Origin: Ranitomeya imitator
Taxonomy: Eukaryota
DNA length: 64,000 nt
Assembly (NCBI RefSeq): GCF_032444005.1
Contig: NC_091283.1
Span: 373,674,001-373,738,000 of the forward strand
Reading direction: 5' to 3'
Of this stretch, positions 1-13,133 are shown piece after piece. The notes beneath the pieces are model-generated. The model made no database searches. It was not told the origin of the DNA and was given only the letters and a program-made list of their open reading frames with translations. Position 1 is the stretch's first letter, and the number at the start of each line of letters is the position of its first letter. A program made the translations under genes and the position numbers.

Positions 1-185
1 CACACCACATATATGGCTGTTCTGTGCGCACAGGACCTGTGATGAGGTCACAGGAGGGGAGGAGTCAGGGGTCACATGATCAGGGGCCTCAGTGTATGCA
101 GGACTCTGCTGTGCTGGTTGTCATGGGGCTGGATGAGGGGAAGTTTCTGTGTGGGGTCAGGAGGGGTTTACAGAGTGGATGTAGC
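1..185 (-). promoter_or_regulatory. Partial copy 1 of the ZNF promoter/non-coding exon-1 cassette; its gene lies off the left edge
   Basis: Near-identical to 35100-35280 and 56971-57150 (cacaccacatatatggctgttctgtgcgcacagg...ggtcacatgatc...), and followed by the same minisatellite. Confidence 0.7.
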
Positions 186-1045
186 AGAGCCGTGTGTACG
201 GAGCGGAGCCGTGTGTGTATGATATGTACAGAGCAGAGCCGTGTGTATGAGGTGTACGGAGCGGAGCCCTGTGTGTATGAGGTGTACGGAGCAGAGCCGC
301 GTGTGCATGAGGTGTGCGGAGCAGAGCCACGTGTGTATGAGGTGTACGGAGCAGAGCCGCGTGTGTATGATATGTACAGAGCAGAGCCGTGTGTGTGTGT
401 GTATGATGTGTACAGAGCAGAGCCGCGTGTGTATGAGGTGTACAGAGCAGAGCCGTGTGTGTGTGTATGATGTGTACAGAGCAGAGCCGTGTGTGTAGGA
501 GGTGTACGGAGCAGAGCCGCATGTGTATGAGGTGTGCGGAGCAGAGCCGCGTGTGTATGAGGTGTGCGGAGCAGAGCCGCGTGTGTATGAGGTGTACGGA
601 GCAGAGGCTCATGTGTACGACGTATATGGAACGGAGCTGCGTGTGTGTACAACTTGTACGGAGCGGAGCCATGTGTACGACATGTACAGAGTGGTGCTAT
701 TTGTGTACCAAGTGGAGACGTGTGTACGAGCTGTTTGGAGCGGAGCTGTGTGTGTACGAGCTGTTTGGAGCGGAGCTGTGTGTGCATGAGGTGTACGGAG
801 CGGAGTCGTGTGTGTACGAGGTGTACGGAGCAGAGCCGCATGTGTATGAGGTGTACGGAGCGGAGCCGTGTGTGTACAACCTGTACGGAGCGGAGCCGTG
901 TGTGTACGAGGTGTACGGAGCGGAGCCGTGTGTGTACGGGTCAGAGGAGTGTGTCTGTACAACTTGTACGGAGCGGAGCCGTGTATACGACATGTACAGG
1001 GTGGTGTCATTTGTGTACCAAGTGGAGCTGCGTGTGTATGATGTG
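181..1045. repeat. 30-bp CpG-rich minisatellite (gtgtgtgtacgaggtgtacggagcagagcc)n, degenerate copy 1
   Basis: Visible periodicity; same unit at 35281-36190 and 57150-57328/60018-60200. Confidence 0.95.
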
Positions 1046-1184
1046 CACTGTGAGAAACTGAGTACACTGTTCTACATATTAAGTTATGAAATGAGCCATT
1101 TCTTAATGATTTTGACTTCATGAATTCAAATCTGACAATGACAATTTTTAGTTGCTCTTGTTTCTATGATATCAGAGTTTTCCT

Positions 1185-1600
1185 CTACTTTCACACTTCC
1201 GTCTTTAGAACTCCATCGCAATCCGTCGGTTTGGGAAAAAAAACAGATCCTACAAATGTGCTTGCAGGATGCGTTTTTTTCCCATACACTTTTATTAGCG
1301 ACGGATCGCGACAGATTGCCACACGTCGCATCCATCGTGCGACGGATGCGTCGTGTTTTGGCGGATGCGACGCACAAAAAAAGCTCCATGTAACTTTTTT
1401 TGTGCGTCGCGTTCGACATTTTCGTCCGCGCATGCGCTGGCGAAACTCCGCCCCCTCCTCCCCGGACTGCAGAATGGGCAGCGGATGCGTTGAAAAACTG
1501 CATCCGCTGCCCTTGTCGTGCAGTTATTTCACAACGTCCGTCGGTACGTCGGTCCAACGCATTGCGACGGGCCCGTACCGACGGAAGTGTGAAAGTAGCC
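1185..1600. mobile_element. PIF/Harbinger-type palindromic MITE
   Basis: Termini ctactttcacacttccgtc ... gacggaagtgtgaaagtagcc followed by TTA; left GG terminus eroded; internal inverted repeats. Confidence 0.7.
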
Positions 1601-2119
1601 TTAGAGCTCACACTCATCAGCATAAATAGGTCCGATGTTGCTCCTGAAAAGTAGGACGAGTGTCATTCGAGTACAAAACGATTTTCCTCACCTACCATCC
1701 ATCTGACATCCGGTGACCTTACGTCAGCACTAGACACTGCAGGAAGGGGTGTCCTCACTCTCATGTCTCAATGTGTTCTCGCTGGCTTGCTGAGCGCTCG
1801 CGTTAAGCCATCGTTCTACAAACCACCCAGATGTAGCAGAGCTGGAGCTCTTCATGGGACACCATCAGGCCGGTTTCACACTTCCTGATATTTCCGGTCC
1901 CGAAAAACACGGTACCAGAGATATCATCCATGTCCGTGTGTCACATCCGGTCAGCGTCGGACTGGAGCACCTTGGGCCCACCAGAGAAAATCATTCTTGG
2001 GGTCCACTATGTAGCTACATAGAAATAGATACAAGACCACCAATTGTGCGGTAAAAAGCGCTAATATCAGGGTATAATATAAGGTAGTTCACGTCTTAAT
2101 AATGTAGCAAGGGTTGGGG

Positions 2120-2585
2120 TAGCCCCCTCAAAGAATATAATGTAGCCCCCTCATAAAATATAATGCAGTCCCCTCTCATAGAATATAATGCAGCACCCCA
2201 CAAAATATAATGCAACCCTCTCAGGTATGACGCAGTCCCCACCATAGAATATAATGTAGCACCCCATAGGGTATAATGCAGCCCCCCCATATAGTATAAT
2301 GCCACCCACCACAGAATATAATGTAGTCCCCTGAGAGAATGCAGTTCCACCACAGAATATAATGCAGCCCCCCCATAGAGTATACTGTAGCCCCCTCATA
2401 TAGTATGATGTAGCCCCCATAATATTATGTAGTCCCCTGAGAGAATAATGCAGCCCCACCACAGAATATAATGCAGCCCCCCATAGAGTATACTGTAACC
2501 CCTCATATAGTATGATGTAGCCCCCCATAATATAATGTAGTACCTTGAGTATAATGCAGTCCCCCCACAGAATATAATGTAGCCC
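2120..2585. repeat. Degenerate ~21-bp tandem repeat (agaatataatgcagccccc)
   Basis: Visible periodicity inside the hAT element. Confidence 0.8.
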
Positions 2586-3407
2586 CCCAGGGTCGTATTT
2601 AGAGTTTCTGCTGCCCTAGGCACTTTTAGCGCTGCCTCCCCTTTTGGTGAGTATGACACTATCGACAGTGACTTTGGCAAGAATCGCTGATGTGAAAGTC
2701 GCCTTTTGCAGCAGATCGGGCAGTTTTTCTGCATCTGCCGTGTACCGGATCACTTACGGCAACACTGTGTTCGGCCTCTTTCATTCCCTATGGGATTTGC
2801 GGCACTTGCCGTGATCTGGCAAATGCGGTACCATACCTCCCAACTTTTGAAGAAGGGAAGGAGGTATAAAGTTTGCGGCGCGCGTAGTGCGCCGCGGCAA
2901 ATTTTAGGCCACGCCTCTGACCAGACCCATTTCACAACTAGTCACACCCATATCCACGTCCCAACCGCAGCCATTTAGCCCTGCTGATCACACTGTTTTA
3001 TATACAATAATTATAAACAAAAAAAAATATGGCCACACATGATGCTCAATACTATATAATGGCCACACATGATGCTCAATACTGTATAACGGCCACCACA
3101 CATGATGCTCCATACTGTATAATGGCCACACATGATGCTGCATACTGTATAATGGCCACACATGATGCTCCATAGTGTATAATGGCCACACATGATGCTC
3201 CATACTGTATAATGGCCCCACATGAAGCTCCATAGTGTATAATGGCCACACATGATGCTCCATAGTGTATAATGGCCACAGGGCCGGCTCCAGGTTTTTG
3301 AGGGCCCCGGGCGAAAGAGTCTCAGTGGGCCCCCCCTTTAACACATACCCCGATTCATGATCGCATATAAACACAGCCATGTAGTATATAACACTGCCCA
3401 CGTAGTA

Positions 3408-4989
3408 CAGGTCCTTCTCAAAAAATTAGCATATAGTGTTAAATTTCATTATTTCCCATAATGTAATGATTACAATTAAACTTTCATATATTATAGATTC
3501 ATTATCCACCAACTGAAATTTGTCAGGTCTTTTATTGTTTTAATACTGATGATTTTGGCATACAACTCCTGATAACCCAAAAAACCTGTCTCAATAAATT
3601 AGCATATCAAGAAAAGGTTCTCTAAACGACCTATTACCCTAATCTTCTGAATCAACTAATTAACTCTAAACACATGCAAAAGATACCTGAGGCTTTTATA
3701 AACTCCCTGCCTGGTTCATTACTCAAAACCCCCATCATGGGTAAGACTAGCGACCTGACAGATGTCAAGAAGGCCATCATTGACACCCTCAAGCAAGAGG
3801 GTAAGACCCAGAAAGAAATTTCTCAACAAATAGGCTGTTCCCAGAGTGCTGTATCAAGGCACCTCAATGGTAAGTCTGTTGGAAGGAAACAATGTGGCAG
3901 AAAACGCTGTACAACGAGAAGAGGAGACCGGACCCTGAGGAAGATTGTGGAGAAGGACCGATTCCAGACCTTGGGGAACCTGAGGAAGCAGTGGACTGAG
4001 TCTGGTGTGGAAACATCCAGAGCCACCGTGCACAGGCGTGTGCAGGAAATGGGCTACAGGTGCCGCATTCCCCAGGAAAAAGCCACTTTTGAGCTACAGA
4101 GAAGCAGCACTGGACTGTTGCTAAGTGGTCCCAAGTACTTTTTTCTGATGAAAGCAAATTTTGCATGTCATTCGGAAATCAAGGTGCCAGAGTCTGGAGG
4201 AAGACTGGGGAGAAGGAAATGCCAAAATGCCTGAAGTCCAGTGTCAAGTACCCACAGTCAGTGATGGTGTGGGGTGCCATGTCAGCTGCTGGTGTTGGTC
4301 CACTGTGTTTCATCAAGGGCAGGGTCAATGCAGCTAGCTATCAGGAGATTTTGGAGCACTTCATGCTTCCATCGGCTGAAATGCTTTATGGAGATGAAGA
4401 TTTCATTTTTCAGCACGACCTGGCACCTGCTCACAGTGCCAAAACCACTGGTAAATGGTTTACTGACCATGGTATTACTGTGCTCAATTGGCCTGCCAAC
4501 TCTCCTGACCTGAACCCCATAGAGAATCTGTGGGATATTGTGAAGAGAAAGTTGAGAGACGCAAGACCCAACACTCTGGATGAGCTTAAGGCCGCTATTG
4601 AAGCATCCTGGGCCTCCATAACATCTCAGCAGTGTCACCGGCTGATTGCCTCCATGCCACGCCGCATTGAAGCAGTCATTTCTGCCAAAGGATTCCCCAC
4701 CAAGTATTGAGTGCATAACTGAACATTATTATTTGTTGTTTTTTTTGTTTGTTATTAAAAAACACTTTTATTTGATTGGATGGGTGAAATATGCTAATTT
4801 ATTGAGACAGGTTTTTTTGGGTTATCAGGAGTTGTATGCCAAAATCATCAGTATTAAAACAATAAAAGACCTGACAAATTTCAGTTGGTGGATAATGAAT
4901 CTATAATATATGAAAGTTTAATTGTAATCATTACATTATGGGAAATAATGAAATTTAACACTATATGCTAATTTTTTGAGAAGGACCTG
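3408..4989 (+). mobile_element. Tc1 DNA transposon, full length with ~200-bp TIRs
   Basis: TA TSD (3406-07, 4990-91); TIR caggtccttctcaaaaaattagcatat... at both ends; transposase inside. Confidence 0.97.
3737..4710 (+). pseudogene. Tc1 DD34E transposase, frameshifted by a deletion near 4075-4110
   Basis: MGKTSDLT... HTH N-terminus; FSDESKF, FQHDLAPAH, SPDLNPIENLW; 34 residues between D and E. Confidence 0.93.
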
Positions 4990-5744
4990 TATATAGCAGC
5001 CCATGTAGTATATAGCAGCCCACGTAGCATATAGCAGCCCACGTAGTATATAGCAGCGCAGCCCACATAGTATATAGCAGCGCCACTCACTCATGCACTG
5101 GTAGGACTAGGAGCTCCTCCTGAATCTGCCTCATAACTTCAGCACCATGGCAGCCAGCCAGGGGCGGAGAGCAGAGCAGAGAACTGCTCTCTCCCCCCAC
5201 AAACAATGTCACGCTGGCTGCCTTCTCTTAACCCCTATGTGTGCCTGCCTGGCTGCACTCACTGAGTGATCAGATGCTTGTGTCAGAGCTGGCACATAGG
5301 GGTTAAGAGAACGCAGCCAGCAGTGACTTTGTAGGCGGAGAGAGCATGTTATCTCCTGCTCTGCTCTCCCAGCTGTATCTATGACAGCATGAGTGGGCCC
5401 CCCTCTCTCCCCAGGGCCCCGGCATTTGCCCGCTGTGCCGGGTGCTGACGCCGGCCCTGAATGGCCACACATTGCTCCATACTGTATAATGGCCAGACAG
5501 TGCTCCATACTGTATAATGACCACCCACACATAGTGCTCCATAGTGTATAACGGCCACACAGTTCTCCATACTGTATAATTATCCCACATAATGCTCAAT
5601 ACTGTATAATGACCACAAATGATGCTCCATACTGTATAACGGCCACACATGATGCTCCATACTGTATAATGTCCATTGGCCACACATGATGCTCCATACT
5701 GTATAACGGCCACACATGATGCTCAATACTGTATAATGACCCCC

Positions 5745-6625
5745 CTCCTGTATGCATGGCTCATCTCCCTCCTATCCCATATACATAGCTCATATTACCC
5801 CTCCTGTATGCATGACTCATATCTCCCCATGTATGAATGGCTCATATTCCGCCCCTGTATGCATGGCTTATATTCCCCCCGGTATGCATGGCTCATATTC
5901 CCCCCGGTATGCATGGCTCATATTCCCCCCTGCATGCATGGCTCATATTCCACCCTATATGCATGGCTCATATTCCCCCCTGTATGCATGGCTCATATTC
6001 CCCCCTGTATGCATGGCTTATATTCCCCCCTGTATGCATGGCTCATATTCCCCCCTGTATGCATGGCTCATATTCCCCCCTGTATGCATGGCTTATATTC
6101 CCCCCTGTATGCATGGCTTATATTCCCCCCCTGTATGCATGGCTTATATTCCCCCCTGTATGCATGGCTCATATTCCCCCCTGCATGCATGGCTTATATT
6201 CCCCCCTGCATGGCTCATTTTCCCCCCTGTATGCATGGCTCATATTCCCCCCTGCATGGCTCATATTCCCCCCTGCATGGCTTATATTCCCCCCTGCATG
6301 GCTCATATTCCCCCCTGTATGCATGGCTTATATTCCCCCCTGTATGCATGGCTTATATTCCCCCCTGTATGCATGGCTTATATTCCCCCCTGCATGGCTC
6401 ATATTCCCCCCTGTATGCATGGCTCATTTTCCCCCCTGTATGCATGGCTCATATTCCCCCCTGTATGCATGGCTTATATTCCCCCCTGTATGCATGGCTC
6501 ATATTCCCCCCTGCATGGTTCATATTCCCCCCCTGCATGGCTCATATTCCCCCCTGCATGGCTCATATTCCCCCCTGCATGGCTCATATTCCCCCCTGCA
6601 TGGCTCATATTCCCCCCTGTATGCA
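5745..6625. repeat. ~25-bp minisatellite (tgtatgcatggctcatattcccccc)n with shorter variants
   Basis: Visible periodicity; explains the three spurious 340-366 aa ORFs. Confidence 0.95.
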
Positions 6626-7593
6626 GGCTTATCTCTCCGCTCCTGCTCGGCGCGCCGGCTTATGTCCTCCTTCATCCCCCCCGTCCCCCCGGCCCTCATA
6701 CTCACCTGTCCCACTGCACGGCCGTGCCGACATCCGTCGCGCTCTGTCCCGACTCCAGGCGGTTGCGCCGGCGTAGCACCTTCTTCCTGCTTGAGCGGTC
6801 ATGTGACACCATTCATTAAGATCATGAGTATGCGCATATTCATGATCTTAATGAGCGGTGTCACGTGACCGCTCGTTCAGGACGAGCTGCAGTGCAGACG
6901 CCGAGACCATCGCTGGAGCAGGGTGAGTATTCAAGGCGGGGGGGGCGGGGGCGGCGGCGATTGGGGGGCCCTGGAGCGGGGGGAGGCCCTGCCAGCAGGT
7001 GTCAGTGCCAGGGCCCACCGGAGGATCCTCCGGTTCCCCGGTGGGCCAGTCCGAGCCTGCATCCGGTTGTGATCTTTGTGCAGTCCATGTGAATACGTAT
7101 CACACCCAAAGATTTCTATGCCCAAATAAAGGGTTAATGCATTAATTAAATGGTTTGTGTGTTAAAACTATTGGAAAAATGTTCAGTACCCTGACATATT
7201 AGCTTAGGGTTGTGTGTTCTTAGTCCTTTGGCGTCACAAATATGTCTATTTCCAATGAGGCGTTGTTGTGGTTGGCATAGCTTGTGTCATGTCGCTTTGG
7301 GGTTTGGTAACATAAGCTTGTTGAGGAACCACGGCGGGAAAAAAGGCTATGGGTTCACCCTCTACTATTGCTACATGGGGCACATGGTCAGTTTAAAAAA
7401 TTATACATGGAACTTTGCAAATTCCCGTTGAAGTTTGTTGCTTTTTGTCATCTCTCTACTAGTGGATTTGACACCTTACTTGAGTATTTGCATCCCTACC
7501 TTATCAGACAAATAACAACAACACATTTTAAAGTTAACACCACAATCGTGTGTTAGAAATACCTGGACTATTTTAACCCATCATCACAACTAG

Positions 7594-9311
7594 ATATATA
7601 CTACACAAAAGATGATACCAAGGTCATTTGTTAATTATAGAAAAATACAAAAAACTTTATTGATAAAATATAGTGTATGGGGATACGAGAGATACATGCA
7701 CATAATTGGTCACATCATGGAATGCAATAAAAACGATTTGGCCACGCTGGGACCTGGTACCATATAGAGGGGATAACAGTAATCACATATTTATATAGTA
7801 AGTCACCCTCCCTTAATAAAATTTACGTTGGCTTGACCACAAGACAATTTAAAATACGTATTAGGGAGCACGTTAGGGGTATTGAAGCTGCAGCGACCCA
7901 GGAAGACATATTCATGTTGAAGACTCTTCCGCATCATTTTAAGGAGTATCATAATTGTGATGGGAATCTCCTTAGGATTCGTGCCATTGATATGTTGGAG
8001 GTTGGGATTCGGGGTGGAGATGCGTCGAAAAGATTGGCACAAATGGAGTCCAGATGGATTTGGACCCTTGACACGGTCCATCCATCTGGATTCAATGAAA
8101 ACATAAGCTTCACCCCGTTTTCGTGACCGGTAATCCGCCATGGGCACTATAACATCTGTATGGCCTGGGTGCTCACATTGTTGTGATCAATATGTTAATG
8201 CCATATTTTAACTATGTACTAATTTGGTTTTTATAATCATTTTTAATTATAGTGATATGTGAATATGTTGTTGCGTATGTCACATTATGCAGCCTTGCAC
8301 ATCAAGAGTTAACCGCTCCTCCCAGTATAAAAGATCATCTGGTCTATGCGATGAAGTTGGAGACTAATGAATACAGGACCTGCCGGAGAGACTATACTTC
8401 TCTGGGACATTTATATTTATGCCAATTGTTGTCTCATACGTTTGGTTTTGTTATATATTTTTCATATTTTCCGGTGATTGTGTTATATGTTTGTTTACAC
8501 AATAATGTTTCCTCTATATTGTCGCGACGATATAGTAGTCCGCGGGTTATTAGGCTTCTCTATTAAGTGATCGGACGTGTCCCATACCTAGACGCGCATC
8601 TCCTCCTGCCTCTGCCGCCCTGGGTGGCTCTCGGCGTCTCATCGTGATTAGCAGTGCCCTTCCAGGACCTGCGGTCACGTGACGCTGACGCTGTCCAGCG
8701 TTGCGGTTGCCATGGGGAGGTGCGCATCACGAGAGGCGTGGCACGTCACTTCCGGTCCTCGCTATGGTGATTACAGCCGCGGCGGGAGTATAAAAGAGGC
8801 CCTAACTCAGTGACACACAGGCCCCCCGAAGAAGGAAGATCCGAAAACGCCCATCGGGGCGGACGCGCTGGGTCCCGGTCCTCCACCTGTGAATATTGCT
8901 AACTACCGCCATTGCCAACTACTATGCTAAGGCTGGGTTACACATACTGTTTAGCGCTTAGGTTAATTCACTATTAGTGAGGACTTATACTATCTATATA
9001 CGTAGCACCCAGCATCTTGGTAGTAAAAGATTGTGGTCATACTGGCATCTCCGAGTAGTACTGGCTGGCATTATTAGGAGGTTTTCGGTGTAAGGGAGGG
9101 TGACTTACTATATAAATATGTGATTACTGTTATCTCCTGTACATGGTACCAGGTCCCGGCGTGGCCAAATCGTTTTTATTGCATTCCATGATGTGACCAA
9201 TTATGTGCATGTATCTCTCGTATCCCCATACACTATATTTTATCAATAAAGTTTTTTGTATTTTTCTATAATTAACAAATGACCTTGGTATCATCTTTTG
9301 TGTAGTATATA
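7594..9311 (+). mobile_element. 5'-truncated Penelope-like retroelement with inverted pLTR segment
   Basis: GIY-YIG C-terminus at 7815-8126 (FYVGLTTRQFKIRIREH...ESRWIWTLDTVHPSGFNE); ~220-bp inverted repeat at 7594-7812 vs 9092-9311. Confidence 0.88.
8821..8860 (+). ncRNA. Degenerate minimal hammerhead-ribozyme-like motif in the Penelope pLTR
   Basis: gcccc-CCGAAGA-a-gga(aga)tcc-GAAA-acgcccatc-ggggc; core U4 replaced by C. Confidence 0.5.
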
Positions 9312-11378
9312 TAAGACACCTGTATGCGCCTAAGCATCTCTCCTGAGGAGCGTTTGCTAGTAACCTTGAGGTAAATTTTTGGAACACATTATTTTCGTGG
9401 CTTAAGGCTATTTTGTGTAATGTTTGATTTCACTAGGTTAGCCAATTAACATTATTTTATCTGCCATTCATGTCTTTGATTACCATTGTCCTAGAACTAA
9501 AGACCACCATATACTTTTCATATTAATTATGACAAACAACCTGATAGTACTCCCCTCACCCAAACTCATAAGCTGCACAATTTGGGAGCTGTATATTTTA
9601 TAAGTTACATCTGTGTGCTTCCTTCATGGGTGTTGTTTATATTTGAGGCAACATATACAATATATTATGTTTATATGTGCTGTATGAGCTTCACCATGTT
9701 AAGTATTGGTAGAATTTCCATCATATTATGTCGTTTGTGGTGATGATTATCCACCTAAACTATGGTCTTGTTAACAAATTCTTGGCTACTGGCAATTCAT
9801 ATGCTTCCCTCCATTTTGAGTTCCTCCTTGGCACGTCAACCATATCTGGGATTGTGCGCTCAACCTGTGATCTTATTTGTGACAAGCTAGAGACGCTTCA
9901 TGCTTCAGCCAACCACACAAGACTGGCTGAGGATTGCCCAGGGTTCATGGAAGCCACAGAGCTCTCAAATTGCATTGGTGCTCTGGATGGTAAACACATT
10001 CGTGTGAAGAAGCTGCCAAACTCTGGTTCACCTTACTATAATTTCAAAAAATATTTTTCAGTAATGCTGTTGGCTGTAGCTGACAGCAGCTACTGTTTTG
10101 TAATTGCTGACATTGGGGCATATGGGAGTGCCTCTGATGCTCGCATCTTTCGATATTCAAGATTAGCTAGGCGACTTGCTGAGACTAATTTAAATCTTCC
10201 CCAACCATGCATGCTTCCAGGAGCCTCGTCCCCACCTGCACCATTTATTATAGTTGCTGATGAGGGTTTTGCGCTCTCAAGGCATGTTATTTGATCATTT
10301 CCATGTCGAGGTTTGGACACCCATAGGCGAATATTTAACATTCGACTGTTGAAAGCCTGTCGATTGGTTGAGTGTACTTTTGGGATCTTTACTTGTAAAT
10401 GGTGTATCTTTGAGACACAAATCCAGACAATGTCCAGGCAGTCATAAAGGCTGCCCTAATTTTGCATTATTTTTGCCGAAAAGAAGCATCCTTGGAAGAT
10501 GTTGAGGATGGGAGAGTGTTAAATGTGCCATTACCAGAAGACAATCAGCATGCTCCCCGAGTTGCTCAGTCTGGCCTTCAAGTCAGGAATATTTTTGCAG
10601 ATTAGTTTTTGACACCAGAGGATAGTGTGCCATGGCAAATGGAGGTGACCAACTAATGTTAGCATTACATATATATTCAGTACAAAAGTTTATGGTTTAT
10701 TTTTTGCTAACATTGTCAGGATTTTTAAAAAAAATTTGGTTAGGTACTCGCAAGACAATGATGACCCTTGACGTGGGTTTCGAGCTTACATTTGATGTGG
10801 CTAACTGATACATGGCCTTCTCCAAGGCTTTTTGTTCCCCATACCAAATCACTAATACCTCATTATAATGTTTTTACTTTTAGTATGCTAAATATTAAAT
10901 GTAGTACACTATGTATTTGATTGGCTAATTTTTGTGCTTCACAAAATAAATAAGACCCTGAAGCATTGTCTGTGGTCTTGAAGGAGAGTGTGACACCTGC
11001 AGATCAGCTTGTGCAGACACTGACCTGGAAGCGTCCAATTTCCCTGGCATTTTACCACGGTCAATAGTTCACTGCAGTTGAGGCTGTGAGGGAATCCAGC
11101 TTCAGTGACTTCACCTCTAGCCACTGAACTGCGTTCGCCACCAGCATCTCCTTTCACAGTCGTATACAGCTGGGGCGGTTGCATCTTAGCACCGTCCTGG
11201 TTGTAAACTGTCTTTGGCCCAGATATGGTTTACTGCATGGGATATAACGGTGGACAGGTATGTTATCTTGTTGTTATGTTATTTAAGATAACGAGGGCAT
11301 CGCATGAATTAGCATGATAATAAAGATGTTAAACTGTGTTTTGTTTTATTGTAATAAATGGTCCTGGCTGTGTCTTAA

Positions 11379-11967
11379 AGGGAATCTTTCACCCCTAAAA
11401 TCAACGGTGAGCTAAGCCCACCGGCATCAGGGGCTTATCTACAGCATTCTGTAATGCTGTAGATAAGCTCCCGATGTATCCTAAAAGATGAGAAAAAAAG
11501 GTTAGATTATACTCACCTGGGCGGGCCCTTCGATCCAATGGGCATCGCTGTCCGGGTCCTCCCATCTTCTTACGATGACGTCCTCTTCTGGTCTTCACGC
11601 TGCTGCTCCGGCGCAGGCGTACTTTGTCTGCCCTGTTGAGGGCAGAGCAAAGTACTGCAGTGCACAGGTGCTGGGAAAGGTCAGAGAGACCCGGCGCCTG
11701 CGCACTGCAGTACTTTGCTCTGCCCTCAACAAGGCAGACAAAGTACGCCTGCGCCGGAGCCTGAAGACAAGAGGACGTCATCTGATGAAGATAGGCGCCG
11801 GACCGGACCAGCAGCGGGACCGCCCCTGGGTGAGTATAATCTAACATCTTTTTCTCATCTTTTAGGATACATCGAGGGCTTATCTACAGCATTACAGAAT
11901 GCTGTAGACAAGCCCCTGATGCCGGTGGGCTTAGCTCACCCTCGATTTTGGGGGTGACAGATTCCCT
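11379..11967. mobile_element. T2-family (Kolobok-type) MITE
   Basis: TTAA TSD (11375-78, 11968-71); TIR agggaatct(t/g)tcaccc; long internal inverted repeats. Confidence 0.9.
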
Positions 11968-12029
11968 TTAATTTCTCCACTTAACATCTATATGATTATT
12001 AATGGTTAGTGTCTTAATGACACATCACC

Positions 12030-13133
12030 ATTACTAAGCTGCCCTTTATGTCACCTTACAAAACAAAGGTGAGATTAACCCTCATTAACCCACTTGCCAC
12101 TGCTACAGGGCAAGTGGGAAGAGCGAGGCTAAGTGCTGGAATTGGCACATCTTAGAGATGCTACTTTTCTGGTGTGGACAAGAGCTAATGTTTGTAGCCA
12201 GGGTGGGTGGTAATAACCATGGTCCCTTCGAATAATATAAGTCCACAGCTGTCTGCATACCCTTTGCTGGTTATTTAATAGAGGGGACACAACGTAAATG
12301 TTTTTGGGGTGACCACAATTTTTTATAGCCAGTAAAGTCTGATATTACTAGCCTGGGAAGTTATATACCCCTTCCCAGGCTGTAATCATCTGCCCCCAGA
12401 CGCTGCCTTTCACTCTGCTGGTTTCAAACATTGCGCTGGAGGACACGCCGTTGTTATTCAAAATAAAATGAGCCTAAGTAAATACATGTACAGTAATTGG
12501 CACACACAAACTAATTGTATTTGTCACTGACCTCTATATATCTACACATTCTATATGTATTAACTGTGTGAAAACCATGTGTTCTATCCTGTCTGCTCAT
12601 GCTGGGATTTGACAACATGTTAGAGAAAATGTTGGCTTTTTTATATTTTCTTGATATATCTGTGTATGTATGTATTGTATAAACATATATATGTGTGTGT
12701 GTCACTGAGAAATATACTGTATATGTATTGTATGTGTATATATCTAGTATATTGAAGCCTGACAGTGTGCATAATGTATGCGGCGCATGATTTGCCAGCT
12801 GCTGCTGAGTTAGGAACAAAACTCAGCAGCAACTCTCCCTACACTGCCTGATTCTGGAGCAGACTGTGGCAAGCATGGCGGCCCCAGGTCTGATATAGAC
12901 CTTATGATGCTGTGTGGACAGCCAATCACTGTAATGCCACAACCAGCATGGCTGCGGCATGACAGTGTGTGGCAGACAATCTCTGCATGTTGATTGGTTC
13001 TCTACAGAGCGCCAAACATGCAGTGCAACTCCCGCCGAGCAACCCCGGAAATACTTGCCAAGCTCCGAGCATCTTGAGCAGTGAGATGCTGGGGTGAATA
13101 CGGAGTAGTGGCGAGCATGCTTGATCATCACTA
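12030..13133. mobile_element. Remnant of a hAT-type non-autonomous element (TAGTGATGAGCG-like terminus)
   Basis: Ends in gatcatcacta, like the complete element at 42708-43018; left end not found. Confidence 0.4.

Larger units (their letters stand above)
3279..5459. mobile_element. Non-autonomous hAT-type element nested in a tandem array
   Basis: 10-bp TIR CAGGGCCGGC; 8-bp TSD AATGGCCA at 3271-3278 and 5460-5467. Confidence 0.9.
3025..5735. repeat. 30-bp tandem array (atggccacacatgatgctccatactgtata)n split by the hAT insertion (3025-3278 and 5460-5735)
   Basis: Same unit on both sides of 3279-5459. Confidence 0.9.
1952..7059. mobile_element. Non-autonomous hAT-type element, 5.1 kb including nested insertions
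   Basis: 8-bp TSD CATCCGGT at 1944-1951 and 7060-7067; TIRs cagcgtcggactgg / ccagtccgagcctg (12/14 match). Confidence 0.85.
7330..10660 (+). pseudogene. PIF/Harbinger DDE transposase fossil, split by a Penelope insertion and a probable intron (9371-~9779)
   Basis: RLWVHPL..GQFKKLYMEL..FVAFCHLS..LIRQ / DTCMRLSISPEERLLVTLR / FLATGNSY..NCIGALDGKHI..YYNFKKYFSVMLLAVAD..IVADEGF..VECTFGIL; stops and frameshifts. Confidence 0.85.

Noticed and set aside
24-1123. Overlapping 85-250 aa ORFs on both strands
   Set aside because: Translations of a 30-bp minisatellite that lacks stops in most frames; no coding evidence.
5676-6868. 343-366 aa Pro/Cys/Met-rich ORFs in all three plus frames
   Set aside because: Artefact of the ~25-bp tandem array.
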